Part shown: positions 14,376 through 26,555 of the stretch, piece after piece
Position numbering within the stretch: the first letter of the stretch is position 1
Layout of the letters: each line of letters begins with the position of its first letter
DNA from: Octopus bimaculoides
Taxonomy: Eukaryota
Assembly (NCBI RefSeq): GCF_001194135.2
Contig: NC_068981.1
Location: 199,594,486-199,658,485 of the forward strand
Reading direction: 5' to 3'
DNA length: 64,000 nucleotides
The notes under the pieces: generated by a model
What the model saw: the letters and a program-made list of their open reading frames with translations, nothing else
Databases searched by the model: none
Told to the model about the DNA's origin: nothing
Position numbers and translations under genes: made by a program

Positions 14376-14616
14376 ACCACATTTGGATGGTGCTTTTACA
14401 TGCCACTGGCACGAGAGCCAGTCAATGCAGCACTCTGGCATCAGCCACTTTCAGATGGTGCTTTTTATGTGCCACCATCACAGAAGCCAGTCGGAGCAAG
14501 GGGGCTGGCATCGACCATGTTTGGATGGTTCTTTTTACGTGCCACCAGCACAGGGAGCCAAACAAGTGGCGCTGGTATGAGCCACAACTACAATTTTCAT
14601 TTGTTGATGGCAATTA

Positions 14617-15969
14617 TCAGGTCATCCCATAAGTTCTGTCCAAATTTTTAAAAAGTAAACAAGTGATCAGATGTTATATTTAATTGAAATTTAATCATCA
14701 ATGTACTTTCCCTGAATATCTATGACTTCCTTCCATCTACTTACAAGCTTTTTAATCCCATCAATGCAAAACTCTTTTGGTTTCAAAGCAAAGAACTCTG
14801 AAATGTCAGTTTCGACCTCCTCCTGGCTTGCAAAAGTTATGTCCCCCAAATGATTCTGTAAACTACGAAACAAATGGTAGTCTGAAGAAGCAAGGCCGGG
14901 AGAATAGGGTGGATGAGGAAGTTTTTCCCAACCAAGCTCTTCGATTTTCTGTGATCTGATCTTTGCAGTGTGGGGTCACGCATTGTCCTGATGAAACATC
15001 ACTCCTTTTCAATTCACGAAAGCAGGTCTTTTTTACTTCAAAGCTTGGTTCAAATGCTCTAATTGCTGACAGTAGACTTGAGCATTGATTGTTGCATAAG
15101 GTGGTAACAATTCAAAGTGAATTACTCCTTTGTAATCCAACCGGATAGAGAGAAGAACCTTTTTCCCCATGAAGTTCCCTTCTCGGTTGTGGTTGAGCTT
15201 TTTCCCTTTTACCAATCCACTGTTTACGACATTTAACATTTCAATAGANNNNNNNNNNTGAGCTTTTTCCCTTTTACCAATCCACTGTTTACGACATTTA
15301 ACATTTCAATAGAAGATCCATTTTTCATCACCAGTCACAAATCTATCCAAAAAGGGTGAAATGAATTCACGAGAATGGAGAGAAGAGCACATGTCAACTC
15401 GGGATTTGTGGTTGCTTTCGGACAATTCATGAGGCACCCATTTTCCAAGTTTAGGAACCTTTCCAAGTTGTTGAAGATGATGATGAACAGTTGTATGGTT
15501 TGAACTAAGCTTTATTGCCAATTCTTCAACCGATAATGCAGGATTTTCTTCAAGTAATGCCTCAAGGAGCTTATCATCAAACTCAACTGGACGTCCTGTT
15601 CAGTCTTCATCTTCAAGGCAGAAATCTCCACTTCTGAATTTTGCAAACCATCTTCTGCAAGTTCTTTCATTCAAGCATTCTTTCCCATAAACTGAGTGTA
15701 TGTTTCGAGTCGCTTCGGCTGCAGAGTTTCCTTTTTTGTACTCATAAAGCATTATGTGCCTCAAATGCTCTTTGGATACTTCCATGTTAGAAAGAGTTTT
15801 AATCAAAGAAATTTTAATTCTATTATTCTGTAAAATAATATTTAATTACTTTAAATGTACACAAATGCATAAAAATAATTTTTAATTCCATTAGACATTC
15901 TAAAATACTATTAAATTTCATTCAATTTTAAAAAAGGTAAAATCGGACAGAACTTATGGGATGACCTGA
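14617..15969 (-). mobile_element. Full-length mariner element (DD34D) with inactivated transposase
   Basis: Perfect 25-bp TIRs: TCAGGTCATCCCATAAGTTCTGTCC (14617-14641) and its reverse complement (15945-15969), flanked by TA at 14615-16 and 15970-71. Transposase motifs: MEVSKEHLRHIMLYEYKKG, RWFAKFRSGDF, WVPHEL, VTGDEKW, HQDNA, DYHLFRSLQNHL. Several premature stops and a frameshift. Confidence 0.97.
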
Positions 15970-16019
15970 TAGAATGGTGTTTATGTTTTTTGTTTTACTT
16001 TTAACAATCGTGAATTTTC

Positions 16020-17460
16020 TGTGTAAGTTTTATGGGCAGTACAATGGTTTCTGTTATGGGATTTGTAGGCTAAGTATATCAAGGCAGGTCATTCTTGAAA
16101 TGTGCAGGACAGTGATACGTCTGTGAAGGTATTTTATTTAATGTTTGACTGATTTTAAAGTTGTGATGAAGTTGATCAGTTTCCGCATTCTGAGACTTTG
16201 GCAGTGTTAGTACAAGTAATTACAGATGTTGATTAGTGCCATGATGCAGCTAAATGCTTTGGGTATATTCTTAGGATTTTGTTTGACTCAGAAGCTTTTG
16301 GACTTTGAAATGTCCTTGTTGCCATATTTTTTTATATGTAATGAAATGTGAAAGGAGGGTGATGCTATGGTCTAGGTGGATGGTTTTACATTCCTGTATA
16401 CTCTGTGTGGCTTTAAGTGGATAATTTTTGAAAGAAAGATTTTATAATGACAACTTCCTGCTGCTGAAAGTGATGTTGTTAATATTGCTGATGTCGATAA
16501 TTAACTGTCTCTCTCTCTCTCTCATTGTGTATTGTTGATGTATTTGTTGCTGTGTTAAACTTTATTGGGTTTTAGTTGTGTCTGATTTTTATTTGGTTTC
16601 AATTAGATTTTAGTTGTGTCTGGTTTTAATTAGGTTAGATATTTAAGTTATGTAATTAGGGCTGTATTTTATATGTTGTCTGGAGGATATGATTTTGAGA
16701 AATGGCTTCAATAATTATGCAATGCCTATGGTGTTGTTGAATTCTGAAATCATAAATTTTCTTTCTCAGGAAAAATGGTTCTGCTAAATCTTTTGAAATT
16801 TGCAGAAGTGTTTTAAATCTGTTCTTTGAGGATGGTTGAAGGAAAGTTTGACGATTGTTTGATTGCAATTATGCTGACTAGGAGTGTTGATCAGAAGGTG
16901 TTGTTTGGGAGTTGTTTTGGATATAAAGGGAGCTCAGCTGGGATACTTTTCAGTCATCTTTTGTTACCTGGTTTGTTTCATGTGCCAGAATGTTTTGTGT
17001 TAAAGTCTTTCCATTATGATGATGTTTGGGAATCTGTTAAACTGCTGTAGTTGTGATGGAACTATTTGTGAAGTTGTTACTGGCATACATGTGTCTCTTG
17101 TATTAAAGTGTTTCATATTAATAGCTTTCATTTTGAATACTTGGATCTGCTCTCAACCTAAATGACCAAAAGTCACTTTAAGTATTTCGGTTTTGGATAC
17201 TTGATAGTAATATGCTATGAAATGGCCTCCACAAGGGTTTGGTCTGTCCAAACATGTTGGATTGTATTTGGGATTTGTGGCATTCTGTGTTAGTCTGGTA
17301 GTTTCTATCTCAATTAATAACGATGTGAACTTCATATGTGATGATGGAACAGTTTATTTTCATAAAGTTGCTTTCAGGTTGTTAATGTTCTATTGCAGAA
17401 AGCTTAGACTTTTGTGTTTTATTTCTCTGATGGACACCAATCCTGTCATTCGTTGCTGTT
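16020..17460 (-). mobile_element. Highly decayed APE-type LINE (I/Nimb- or Jockey-like), internally deleted
   Basis: Minus-strand frames give LSFLQ*NINNL (APE start), DRPNPCGG and IIIM..DFN (GDFN-like). A possible C-terminal CCHC remnant (HCP...TET..LYCP) lies near 16030-16130. Confidence 0.5.
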
Positions 17461-18264
17461 GTTAAGTGTGAAGCATTTACACTGAGGTTTACTCTTTAAA
17501 TTCCATGCAACGTTACAAATATGAAAAGCGGATAATGGCAGCCTCTATGTTTTCCCTCATATTTTGTAGTTCTTTGAGATTTGTTCAAGAGAGATTTTGA
17601 TGGTTTGTGATTTGTTTTTTTGTGTGCTTTAATGTTTCATGTTTAACCTTTTAGTTCCTTCATATTCGACAGCTTTACCATCCAGATGGCATTCTAACCC
17701 TAACCATCCCCTATTGTGCCAAATTACATCAAAAACTGAATTATTCAATATATTCTTACATTTTTAAGATGGGGAATTTTAAGAAAAATTTGATTGCTAT
17801 TTCTAGCAGTAGAGGTGACTGTGAGAGGCTTTCCTGTTGATTCTTTCCTTCATTGAAAAACACATTCAAAGGTCATTATTTACAACATGCTAACTCCTTT
17901 ACAAACATGAATATGCATGTTTTGAAAGGAAACAAGTTATTATGCTTATTTTAAAAAATAGCCTATAAATGTGTTTTTCGTAAGCTATTACCTTTGCCAT
18001 TGCTTACTTTCTCCTTTGTGTCATAAACAAAAGTTTCTCATAAACTTTTGGCTTTGAGTGGAGAGTGGTGAGCATTTTTACAGTATTATATGAATAGTAA
18101 CTCTGCTAACATTATATTGACTGCCCACTTCATGTTGCACCGGCCAAGCAAAGCTTAGATGTGTGTGTGGGTGTGTGTGGGTGGGTGTGGCCATGTAGAT
18201 AAGTTACAATATGTGAGGAAATCCATTCCATGGTTCCGTACAGCTTAGAACCTCAGTGTTTGTT

Positions 18265-18457
18265 TCAGTCATTGGACTGTGGCCATGCTGGGGCACCACC
18301 TTGAAGAATTTTAGTCAAATGAATCAATGCCAGGGCTTATTTTTTTTAAGCCTGGTACTTATTCTATTGGTCTCTTTTGCCAAATTGCTAAGTTATGGGG
18401 ACGTAAACACACCATCACCAGTTGTCAAGCAATGGTGGGGGACAAACATAGACACAA

Positions 18458-18494
<37 letters not shown>

Positions 18495-18720
18495 TATGAC
18501 AGGCTCCTTTCAGTTTCTGTCTACCAAATCCACTCACAAGGCTTTGGTCAGTCCAAGGCTTTGGTCAGTCCAAGGCTTTGGTCAGTCCAAGGCTTTGGTC
18601 AGTCCAAGGCTTTGGTCAGTCCAAGGCTCTAATAGAAGACACTTGCCTAAGATACCATGCAGTGGGACTGAACCGAGAACCATGTAGTTGGGAAGCAAGC
18701 TTCTTAACACACAACCATGT
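18265..18720 (-). mobile_element. Composite of an octopus-type dispersed repeat (cagtcattggactgtggccatgctggggcacc...) and a reverse-oriented tRNA-derived CORE-like SINE
   Basis: 18505-18720 is the reverse complement of a SINE: GGTTCAGTCCCACTGC B-box-like, CTTAGGCAAGTGTCTTC CORE-like, GCCTTGTGAGTGGATTTGGTAGAC. Sister copies at about 27420-27545, 57740-57900 and 60035-60185. Confidence 0.75.
18538..18628. repeat. 17-bp minisatellite AAGGCTTTGGTCAGTCC x5 plus a partial unit, inside a SINE
   Basis: Five identical head-to-tail units and no spacers. Confidence 0.97.
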
Positions 18721-18963
18721 CTTTATAGACTTGTCTTAAACACGCACACACACATGCACAATGAAGTGTAAACACTTTGCCACATGAGTAGACGTCTGTG
18801 TTTTGTCAGGATTTATAGCACAGGAATGTATCTTTGCCATCAGAGAATCAATTAAGGTTTATGTGATAACTTCTTTTTTTTTATGAAAATCCACTCTATT
18901 AATCAGTACATTGAAATAATTTGTTTTGTCATATAATCTCTAATGTTTCTTCACTCTTATAAT

Positions 18964-18967
<4 letters not shown>

Positions 18968-19061
<94 letters not shown>

Positions 19062-19090
19062 CTCCTCCTCCTCCTCCTCCTCTCCTTCTC
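18968..19090. repeat. (CT)n/(CCT)n microsatellite
   Basis: Long pure CT run grading into CCT. Confidence 0.97.
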
Positions 19091-19443
19091 TCTCTTTCAC
19101 ATATGCACAATCATTTCCTCTTCTTCACGGCTCCACACAATTCTTCATGATTTTTTATAATTTTTGTTTTTAATTTTCTAATTTCAGATTAATTGTTTTT
19201 GTTTTATTTCTTTTGAACACCAGAAAACGAAATAAAGATTCTCCCATCTCTACAAATAGATCTCACAGTCTTTTACTTGATTCTCTTTTCATTACTACTT
19301 TTTCCTTTCTCTTCTTCTGCCTCACTTTTTCTTCTTTTTCTTCTCAACTTAATGTCTATTCTTCAGGAAAGATATATATTTTAAGATAATATAGTTTTCA
19401 ATTGTCTTCTTCCTCTGTCTATCTCAGCATCACACTCATACAT

Positions 19444-19476
<33 letters not shown>

Positions 19477-19914
19477 TCAAGTATTACACAGTACAGTTTT
19501 TCAATTGCTGTTACAAATAGTTGCTTGTCCTTGGGACAAAGGTCACAACACTGCCTTTAATTATCTCATCAAATGATGTTTTCAAATACAAAGCATGTGT
19601 TTTCATAAGGATGCACAAATGTTAAACAGCTAATATTAATTATTTCCCCTTAGCACTACAACGAACCTTAAGAGTTGCTGTAGGAAATAGAGAAGAAAAC
19701 ACCAAAAAATAGAAGTTATTATTCTAAATGAGAGAGAATGGATGAAATAAATACAATGGAACCAAGAAAAAGATAAGATAGGAAAAATAAGGGCTAAAAA
19801 TAAAGTGTTTTCATATATTTACATATGTATGTGTGAATGTACGATGTATGTAAGAAAATAAGTATGTATGAATGTATGTATGTGAGTAAGAAAATAAGTA
19901 TGTATGTATGTGTC

Positions 19915-21228
19915 TCTTCCATTTTTTGTTACAAATCTTCCACTGAGGAGGGAGCCAGTTTCCAACAATGATACAAGGCTCCATCTATTGGATGTAGTTA
20001 ACCCAGACAAATTCACATTTAGAACTTGAGAAAAGTCTTGCATATCTTTACTATTCCACTCACAGGTTGGACTTGTAATGTACGAATTAGCTGATCGATT
20101 TCTGTTTCTGAAAATCCCAGTTTATCCAGATTCTCCTTTAAGCATTTACTAACAAAACCTAATGCTCCAATTATTATTGGTATGAATATGAATTCATAGT
20201 CTGGATATAGAAGCTGGAGGTTTCGAAGCAGTTGTCCATAGACATCCTCTTTTACTTTGATTTTCAAAGAGATATTTATATTTTCAGAGCAGCTAACCTT
20301 TATGATGGTATATACCTTTGCCCCTCTGTCTCAAACAACAATATCCGGCCTGTTATGTTTACATTTGACAGAACTTTTGATGGGAATATTCCACTAGCGT
20401 TCCTTGAGTTTGTGTTTGTGAATGTATTTCATAACAGGGATTTTCTAAGTTTATTTCAGGACAGTCTTTTTTGCGGATGGCATTGTAAATTGTTTTAGCG
20501 ACAACATTGTGCCGCATAGGGAGGTAGTACCATGACGACATTTTAGGACAGCTGCTAATCACATGCGTAATGTCTTCCACAGAAGCATGACATAGCCTAC
20601 ACATGTGGGATTACAAGAGCATTACCGTCTCTTCTTGTTCAGGTACTTTGTGGCAATCTCCTGTTCCTGAATTACAAACACATAGCCTTCAAAGTGTGAT
20701 GTGATGCTGTGGTCTTGTGTCCAAGAGAGGCTGTGCTTTGTGTCAATTCTACAGTCTTCTTCAAGCTTCCAGGCAACATTCTCATGCATGATCTTTTTTT
20801 TGTATGCTGTGTGATTTCTATTCAGGTCTTCTCTGAGGTAAGAGAGCCCAGCTGTTTTGGGGCTGTATAGGGGATCATCAGGAAGAGAGTGTTTCAACTC
20901 ATACAATGTTGCCCACTTCACTTTTCAGCACTGCATTTATATATTTATGTTTTGCTGCTGTTGTTTAGTAGGTGCTGCCTGAGTGATACCACATGGCATT
21001 TGAAGGCCATCTGCACTGATCTCAGGCCTCTACCACTTTCATTTCTTCTTAGGTAGAGCCTGTCATCATCACTGTTTCTGTGGAAGTTCCCAATTGTTGT
21101 CAGGATTTTGCAGGTTTTGATGTCTATGGAGTGGATTTCCTCTCCAATCAAGTATCCCAAATGTTCGGATTAGCACTGGTAGTGCAAATGCATTGTGGGA
21201 TATTGTTTTGTTGTAAGAGGAGAGTTCC
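19915..21228 (-). mobile_element. R4/Dong-like non-LTR retrotransposon (RLE endonuclease), 3' part
   Basis: ELSSYNKTISHNAFALPVLIRTFGILDW, DDDRLYLRRNESGRGL, EGYVFVIQEQEIATKY, CCHC knuckle CRLC...EDITHVISSC, RHNVVAK, and IPIIIGALG near the C-terminus. Frameshifted. Confidence 0.9.
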
Positions 21229-22630
21229 AACTGTCATTTTTTCATCAGGTCCTACCCCAGGCCTTGATTGGAATAAAACTTCAGTCTTTTTTATGCTGGT
21301 AGTCAGTCCAAACGCATGAGCTGCTGCAATAAATCTGTCAAACACTTCCTGAATTCCCTTAAATGTGGGAAAAAATCAAAGCACAATCATTGACAAACAA
21401 AACGTCATGCAGGGTCTCTTCTTTGGTCTTTTTCTTTGACCTGAAACTTTGCTTTTCAGGTTTAATAGATTCCCTTCTGTGTGATACCTTCATGGTAATC
21501 CCTAAAAGCATGTTGGAGCATCATTGAAAAGAATATGAGAAAAGTACAGGGGCTAAAGCACATCCCTGTTTGGTTCCAGTGACAACAGAAAATGCCTCTC
21601 CACATTGACTTCTAGATATCACAGCTGCCACCATTCCATTATGCAAGGATGCTATTGCTCTTATCATTTTAGAAGGAAGTCCAGTTTTTCACAAAATTTC
21701 CCAGAGTGCCTCACGATTCACTGTATCAAAGGCCTTAATCAAATCGACAAAGACTATTTCCAAGTCAGTACTTTGTTCATGTACTTTCTCTTGAACTTGT
21801 CAAATATCATGTCAACTCTCTCAGCCCCAAATCCACGTTGGGATTCAGGATATGTGCTGTTTATCACATGTTTATTGTTGCAGTTAAGGACCACCCTCGC
21901 AAGAATTTTTCCAGCTATGCACAACTTGATCCCCTGTGATTATCACATACACTCTTCTTCCCCCCTTGTATCTGTACAAGTGCATCATAGATGCATCTTT
22001 GAACTGTTGAGGAACAGATCCAGTTTCCCAGATCAAGCAGATCAATTCGTGCAGCTTACTTACATGTTGTCTGCTGTCATGCTTCTACACTTCTATGGGA
22101 ATAGTATCTTGTCCAGGAGATTTGCCATTGGAAAATTTTTTTCATAGCAGTAGTTATCTCTTGCAAGGAAGGATCTTCTGCTTGTTCTTCCATTATAGGA
22201 CACTGGGGAATTTCATTGATTACTTTGGGATTGGTAGTGGATTCTTGATTTAATACAGATTTAAAGTGTTCAGCCCGTCTTTTCGAAATTTCCTCTTTGC
22301 TACTTAAGAGTTTTGTTCTGTCATTAGAGAGAATAAGGCTGGGTGGCACCCTTTCTTGAGCCAACTACACTCTTCAGATTGTCATATGAGGCTCTCAAGT
22401 TGTAAGAGTTAACAGCCTGTTCTACTTCTTCGGCATTTTTTGCCCACCAAGAATTTTTCATCTCACACAATTGGTTCTGTGTAGTTTTTCTAGAGATCTT
22501 TGGGGAATTGAGTGTGGGTGAGTTTTTGTCTGAAATCCTTGCCTTATCTCTCTTGTGCAATGTTTCTAGGAGAGGTTTAATTTGAGAATTATTCTCGTTG
22601 AACCAGTCTTGGTGCTTGCATTCATGAATC
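21229..22630 (-). mobile_element. RTE-BovB-like LINE fragment (linker plus RT), truncated at both ends
   Basis: KHQDWFNENN, RRAEHFKSVLNQES, PESQRGF, VFVDLIKAFDTVNREALW, GTKQGCALAP, LFVNDCAL (degenerate FADD), FGLTTSIKKTEV. Confidence 0.92.
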
Positions 22631-23356
22631 CTATATATATATATATGTGTGTGTGTGTATACACACACACACACACACACATACACACATACACACACAC
22701 ACATATTCTGTCTCCAGATTGATTTCATTATAACCCATTCCTATATCAACAGACTTTGATGTTCTGTTGATATAATTAACATTTCTATTTCTAGAAATAT
22801 GTCCCTTCCCCACCACCACCACCTTCCTCTCTAATAATATATGTTGATTGACACTTGCTAATTATCATTTCTTCTTTTCATTTGGTAATGTTAACTGCAT
22901 CAAGAATGCCATCACCATCATCACCATCATCATCACCATCATCACAGTCATCATTATCATCACCATCAACAACAGTGGCATAATCACTGCATCACCATCC
23001 TCTTGATCAGGGTCATCATTAACACAGGCATCCGCATAACCAGCATCTCCGTTTCCACAGTGTTACCTTCAATAGCAGTCCCAGCCTACGCTCAACTGTT
23101 GCTGTGCATCTTCAACCAAATACGTATGTGAGAGGGAGAGGGAGAGAGGGAGAGAGAGAGGGGGAGAGAGAGAGAGAGAGAGAGAGTGTACACAAACTTG
23201 TGTATGCAAGTGTGTGAATGTATATATGTATGTGCATGTGCGTGTGCAAGTGTGTTTGTGTGCATGTGTATGTGTGTGTGTGTGTGTGTGTTACTATACA
23301 TATATATAGTCATACTTGTAGAGACTATATATACATAGCAAAAGAGAAAAGTGGAC

Positions 23357-23655
23357 ATTTTTTGGTATTGTTTATTACCATTACACGTGTTTCATTTGCT
23401 AATAGGATTTACAAAGTCTTACATGTTAGACAGACATGTAAGAAATTTCAGAGAAAGGAATTTTTCAGACACAAAAATTATGTAATACAGTATTTGATAC
23501 AGTATAATTTAATTAAATAATAAGTATTGTTTAATTTTTGTGTCTGAAAAATTTCTAATAGGCAATTCTTTCCATGTCTATCTAACATGTAAAATTTTGT
23601 AAATCCTATTAGCAAATGAAACATGTGTAATGGTGAATAAATAATACCAAAAAAT
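23357..23655. repeat. Foldback inverted repeat with ~123-bp arms (MITE-like)
   Basis: 23358-23480 matches the reverse complement of 23532-23654 over long identical blocks such as tgtttcatttgctaataggatttacaaa and atttttcagacacaaaaatta. The spacer is about 51 bp. Confidence 0.92.
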
Positions 23656-24444
23656 TTCTGGTTTCCTGTTTTGTTAAACAATAATTCTGCAGAGAATATT
23701 TTCATAATTCTCTAAGATGTATTTTGAACTAAAATACAGCAGCAACATTGTACATTAAACACCACAAACAAAATACTGCTACCATTTTTTTCCTCGGGTC
23801 TACTCCACCTCATAGTTTTTACTGCAAAAATGGTTTTCTCTTACTTTTTCAAATCAATATGTATTTTTTTAAATATGATTGTGACTATTGTTTTATTTTT
23901 TACTCAAAAACAATTCCTATTATAATTCTTTTTAAATACTTTCAGAATATGCAAATATTTGACACAAACTCTCTTGATTTATTCTTTTCTTTTTTTCATA
24001 TGGTTTCCTTGTTTTTTTTTTTTTTACCTAACTGCTATTAAAATTAGATTCAACAATATTCTTTCATTTTTTTGCTTCAATTTCTTTGAAATTTCCTTCA
24101 ATTTACAATAATATTAAAAGCTTTAATATTATTATTTACTCAATTAATTTCTATTCTTTAGATTTAATTTTGTTGTTCAGTTTCTTTTTTGTATAGAATC
24201 ATTAACCTAATTATAGTGGTACTTTCATTACTAATTAATTCGATAAAATCCATTTGTTTCTCCTCACTAACAGATATTTGCATATCTTTTACACACAGCT
24301 TTTGGTTAGGAACACAAACATACTTTACTTCTTTAAGCTGTCTTTTATTGTTGCTGTAGTTGTTGTTATTGTTGAGGAAATTGTGGTAGTTTATATATAT
24401 ATATCCTCCAAGCAGACCCTGCTCCAGGCATGTGTGTGTGTGTG

Positions 24445-25105
24445 TGTTAAATAAAATGAGACAACAAAGCCAAGGTTGTGTGGAATTTATAAAGAGAAAG
24501 GTAGTCTTACAGCTGTTTCTGAGAGATTAGGGATATCCCTTCATCAGAGACATTATGCGATAGTTATCTAGAGGGAAATAGTAGAGTTCAGTTTAAGGAG
24601 TTAATTTGGAAAAGGCTGGGTATAGGAAGTATAAAGGGAAATAAGATAATAAAAATGAAAATATATGTAGGATATTGCAGTTCCATTATCCAAGGAAAGT
24701 GCTGTGTAGAATAGGGAGAAATGCTTCTTGGCCATGGTATGTAGATTCCGATAGGAGTTCATATTTTGCTATTATGAGTGGATAGTGTGGAGACATAAAT
24801 TCGATGTGTTATTCATTCAAAGGAGTTTTGTGGTGTGAATGAAATTTTGAGAATGTACTGGTAGGGGTAAGTAGATAGAGAGAAGATAATAGATATGTAT
24901 GTCAGGAGAAGAATGGTATTAGTCAAAAGGAATAGGGGAAAAGAAGAAAGAAAGAAAGACAGAAAGAGGAAGAAGAAGAAATGAAAAAAGGAGTGCTAGA
25001 TGGTGGTCAAGATATTGTGAGGGGGTGGGAGAGGAGAACTATCAAGATAAAAGGAATAGGGGATGGATAGAAAGAAGAGATAAGGATGTAAGGAAGGAAT
25101 ATGTG
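24445..25105 (-). mobile_element. Penelope-like element 3' remnant (GIY-YIG tail plus pseudo-LTR)
   Basis: Decayed QNSFE*ITHR..STLSTH...IPW...SPY resembles the PLE endonuclease tail. The downstream UTR carries a hammerhead-like motif. Confidence 0.55.
24504..24551 (-). ncRNA. Degenerate type I hammerhead ribozyme motif
   Basis: Minus strand reads gtct-CTGATGA-agggatatccctaatctctca-GAAA-cagctg-TA-agac. Stem I is gtct/agac, stem III is palindromic, and extra nucleotides sit before GAAA. Confidence 0.65.
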
Positions 25106-25450
25106 TGAGAACTGATGATATATATATTATCAGTTGTTCAATTGTCTCGTTTGACAAGGTTCGTATGGCTGGATGCCCTTCCTGATGCCAACCACCTCAC
25201 AGAGTGTACTGGGTGCTTTTATGTGGCACCAACACAGGTGTTTTTATAGGGCACAATTACCAGCAGGATCACCCAGTAACTTGCAAGACAAAGACCCCTC
25301 GACTGGGAGAGAAAGTGGTACTGAGGGAGGTGGCTTTGTGCCGGTTGAGAGATTAAAATACAGAGGGATTGTGATTGAAGTCTTACTGTAGAAGAGATAT
25401 TTGGCTGCTCCAATAGGAAAAGAAAGGAAAGGAAAGAGAGGTGTAGTTAG

Positions 25451-25487
<37 letters not shown>

Positions 25488-25665
25488 GATGGGGGAAATG
25501 CATCGTATAATGGGGATAAATATAAGCAGTCAAAAGAGATAAAAAGAAGATGCTTCCTAAGAGTGTACAGAGGGAGATGTTTAGAGATGGAAAAGAGGTG
25601 ACTGTAGCAAGTAACCAGTGGTTTATAACAACTCCTGATAATTTGATCAATCCTGTGATCACTTG

Positions 25666-25739
<74 letters not shown>

Positions 25740-25920
25740 ACACATATATATATATATATAAATGTATGTGTATTTTTTCAATATGTACATATCAACACAG
25801 AAAAAATAAATAAATAGTTACCAAGGTAGCAAAAATTCCCCTAAGTGCCAAAGATGTTACAGCGCTACTTATAAAAGTAGAAATTCCAGGGTTTAGTGAA
25901 ATGCTTTTGTATGACATAAA

Positions 25921-26555
25921 TAAATTAAGAAATGGAGTTAAACCCAGGTGTTATTCAAATCTTTATACTTCCGACATATGTTTCAAAGAAAACATTGATA
26001 TTATTCCAGAGGGAATAAAATGAGGTAAAACAATGCAATCATCTCATCAGGGAAAAAAAGAGAAACAAAACACATCAATAAACCATTTTAACTGAACGTG
26101 ATTACCACGTATATGATGAAGGGGAGTGCTGGCAAGTTATTTTTTAAAAAAGCATTAATAGATTTAATGTCAAAGGCAGTTTATTGAAAGAGAAGGAGGA
26201 GAAAGAAAGAAATTAACAGAAAATTAAGAGTGGAGAAATATGGTGCGATAGATGTATGGGAATAAAGTTTAAATGCATGGAAATAGATATACATAGTGGA
26301 AATGAAATGTAAGAAGACAGTGAAAGGTCTAGTTTCATAGATTGGTAGAAATGACTTATAGGAGCTAAAGGTTTGTTTTTGCCAATGTTTGCAATGATAA
26401 ACGCGTTCTTTAAACATGTTCACAAGAGAACAGAATGAGATATTGTTTTTCATTACAGAGTGGACAAAAGGATGTACCTTTATCACATGGAAAGGATCTA
26501 GATATGTCGGGAGTATAAAGATTTGAATAACATCTGAATTTAACTCCATTTCTTA

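Noticed and set aside
15193-15313. Apparent 55-bp tandem duplication inside the mariner
   Set aside because: The two copies flank a 10-N gap exactly, the signature of an unmerged contig overlap.
18538-18628. CRISPR-like direct repeats
   Set aside because: Units are contiguous with no spacers, there are no cas genes, and the context is a eukaryotic SINE.
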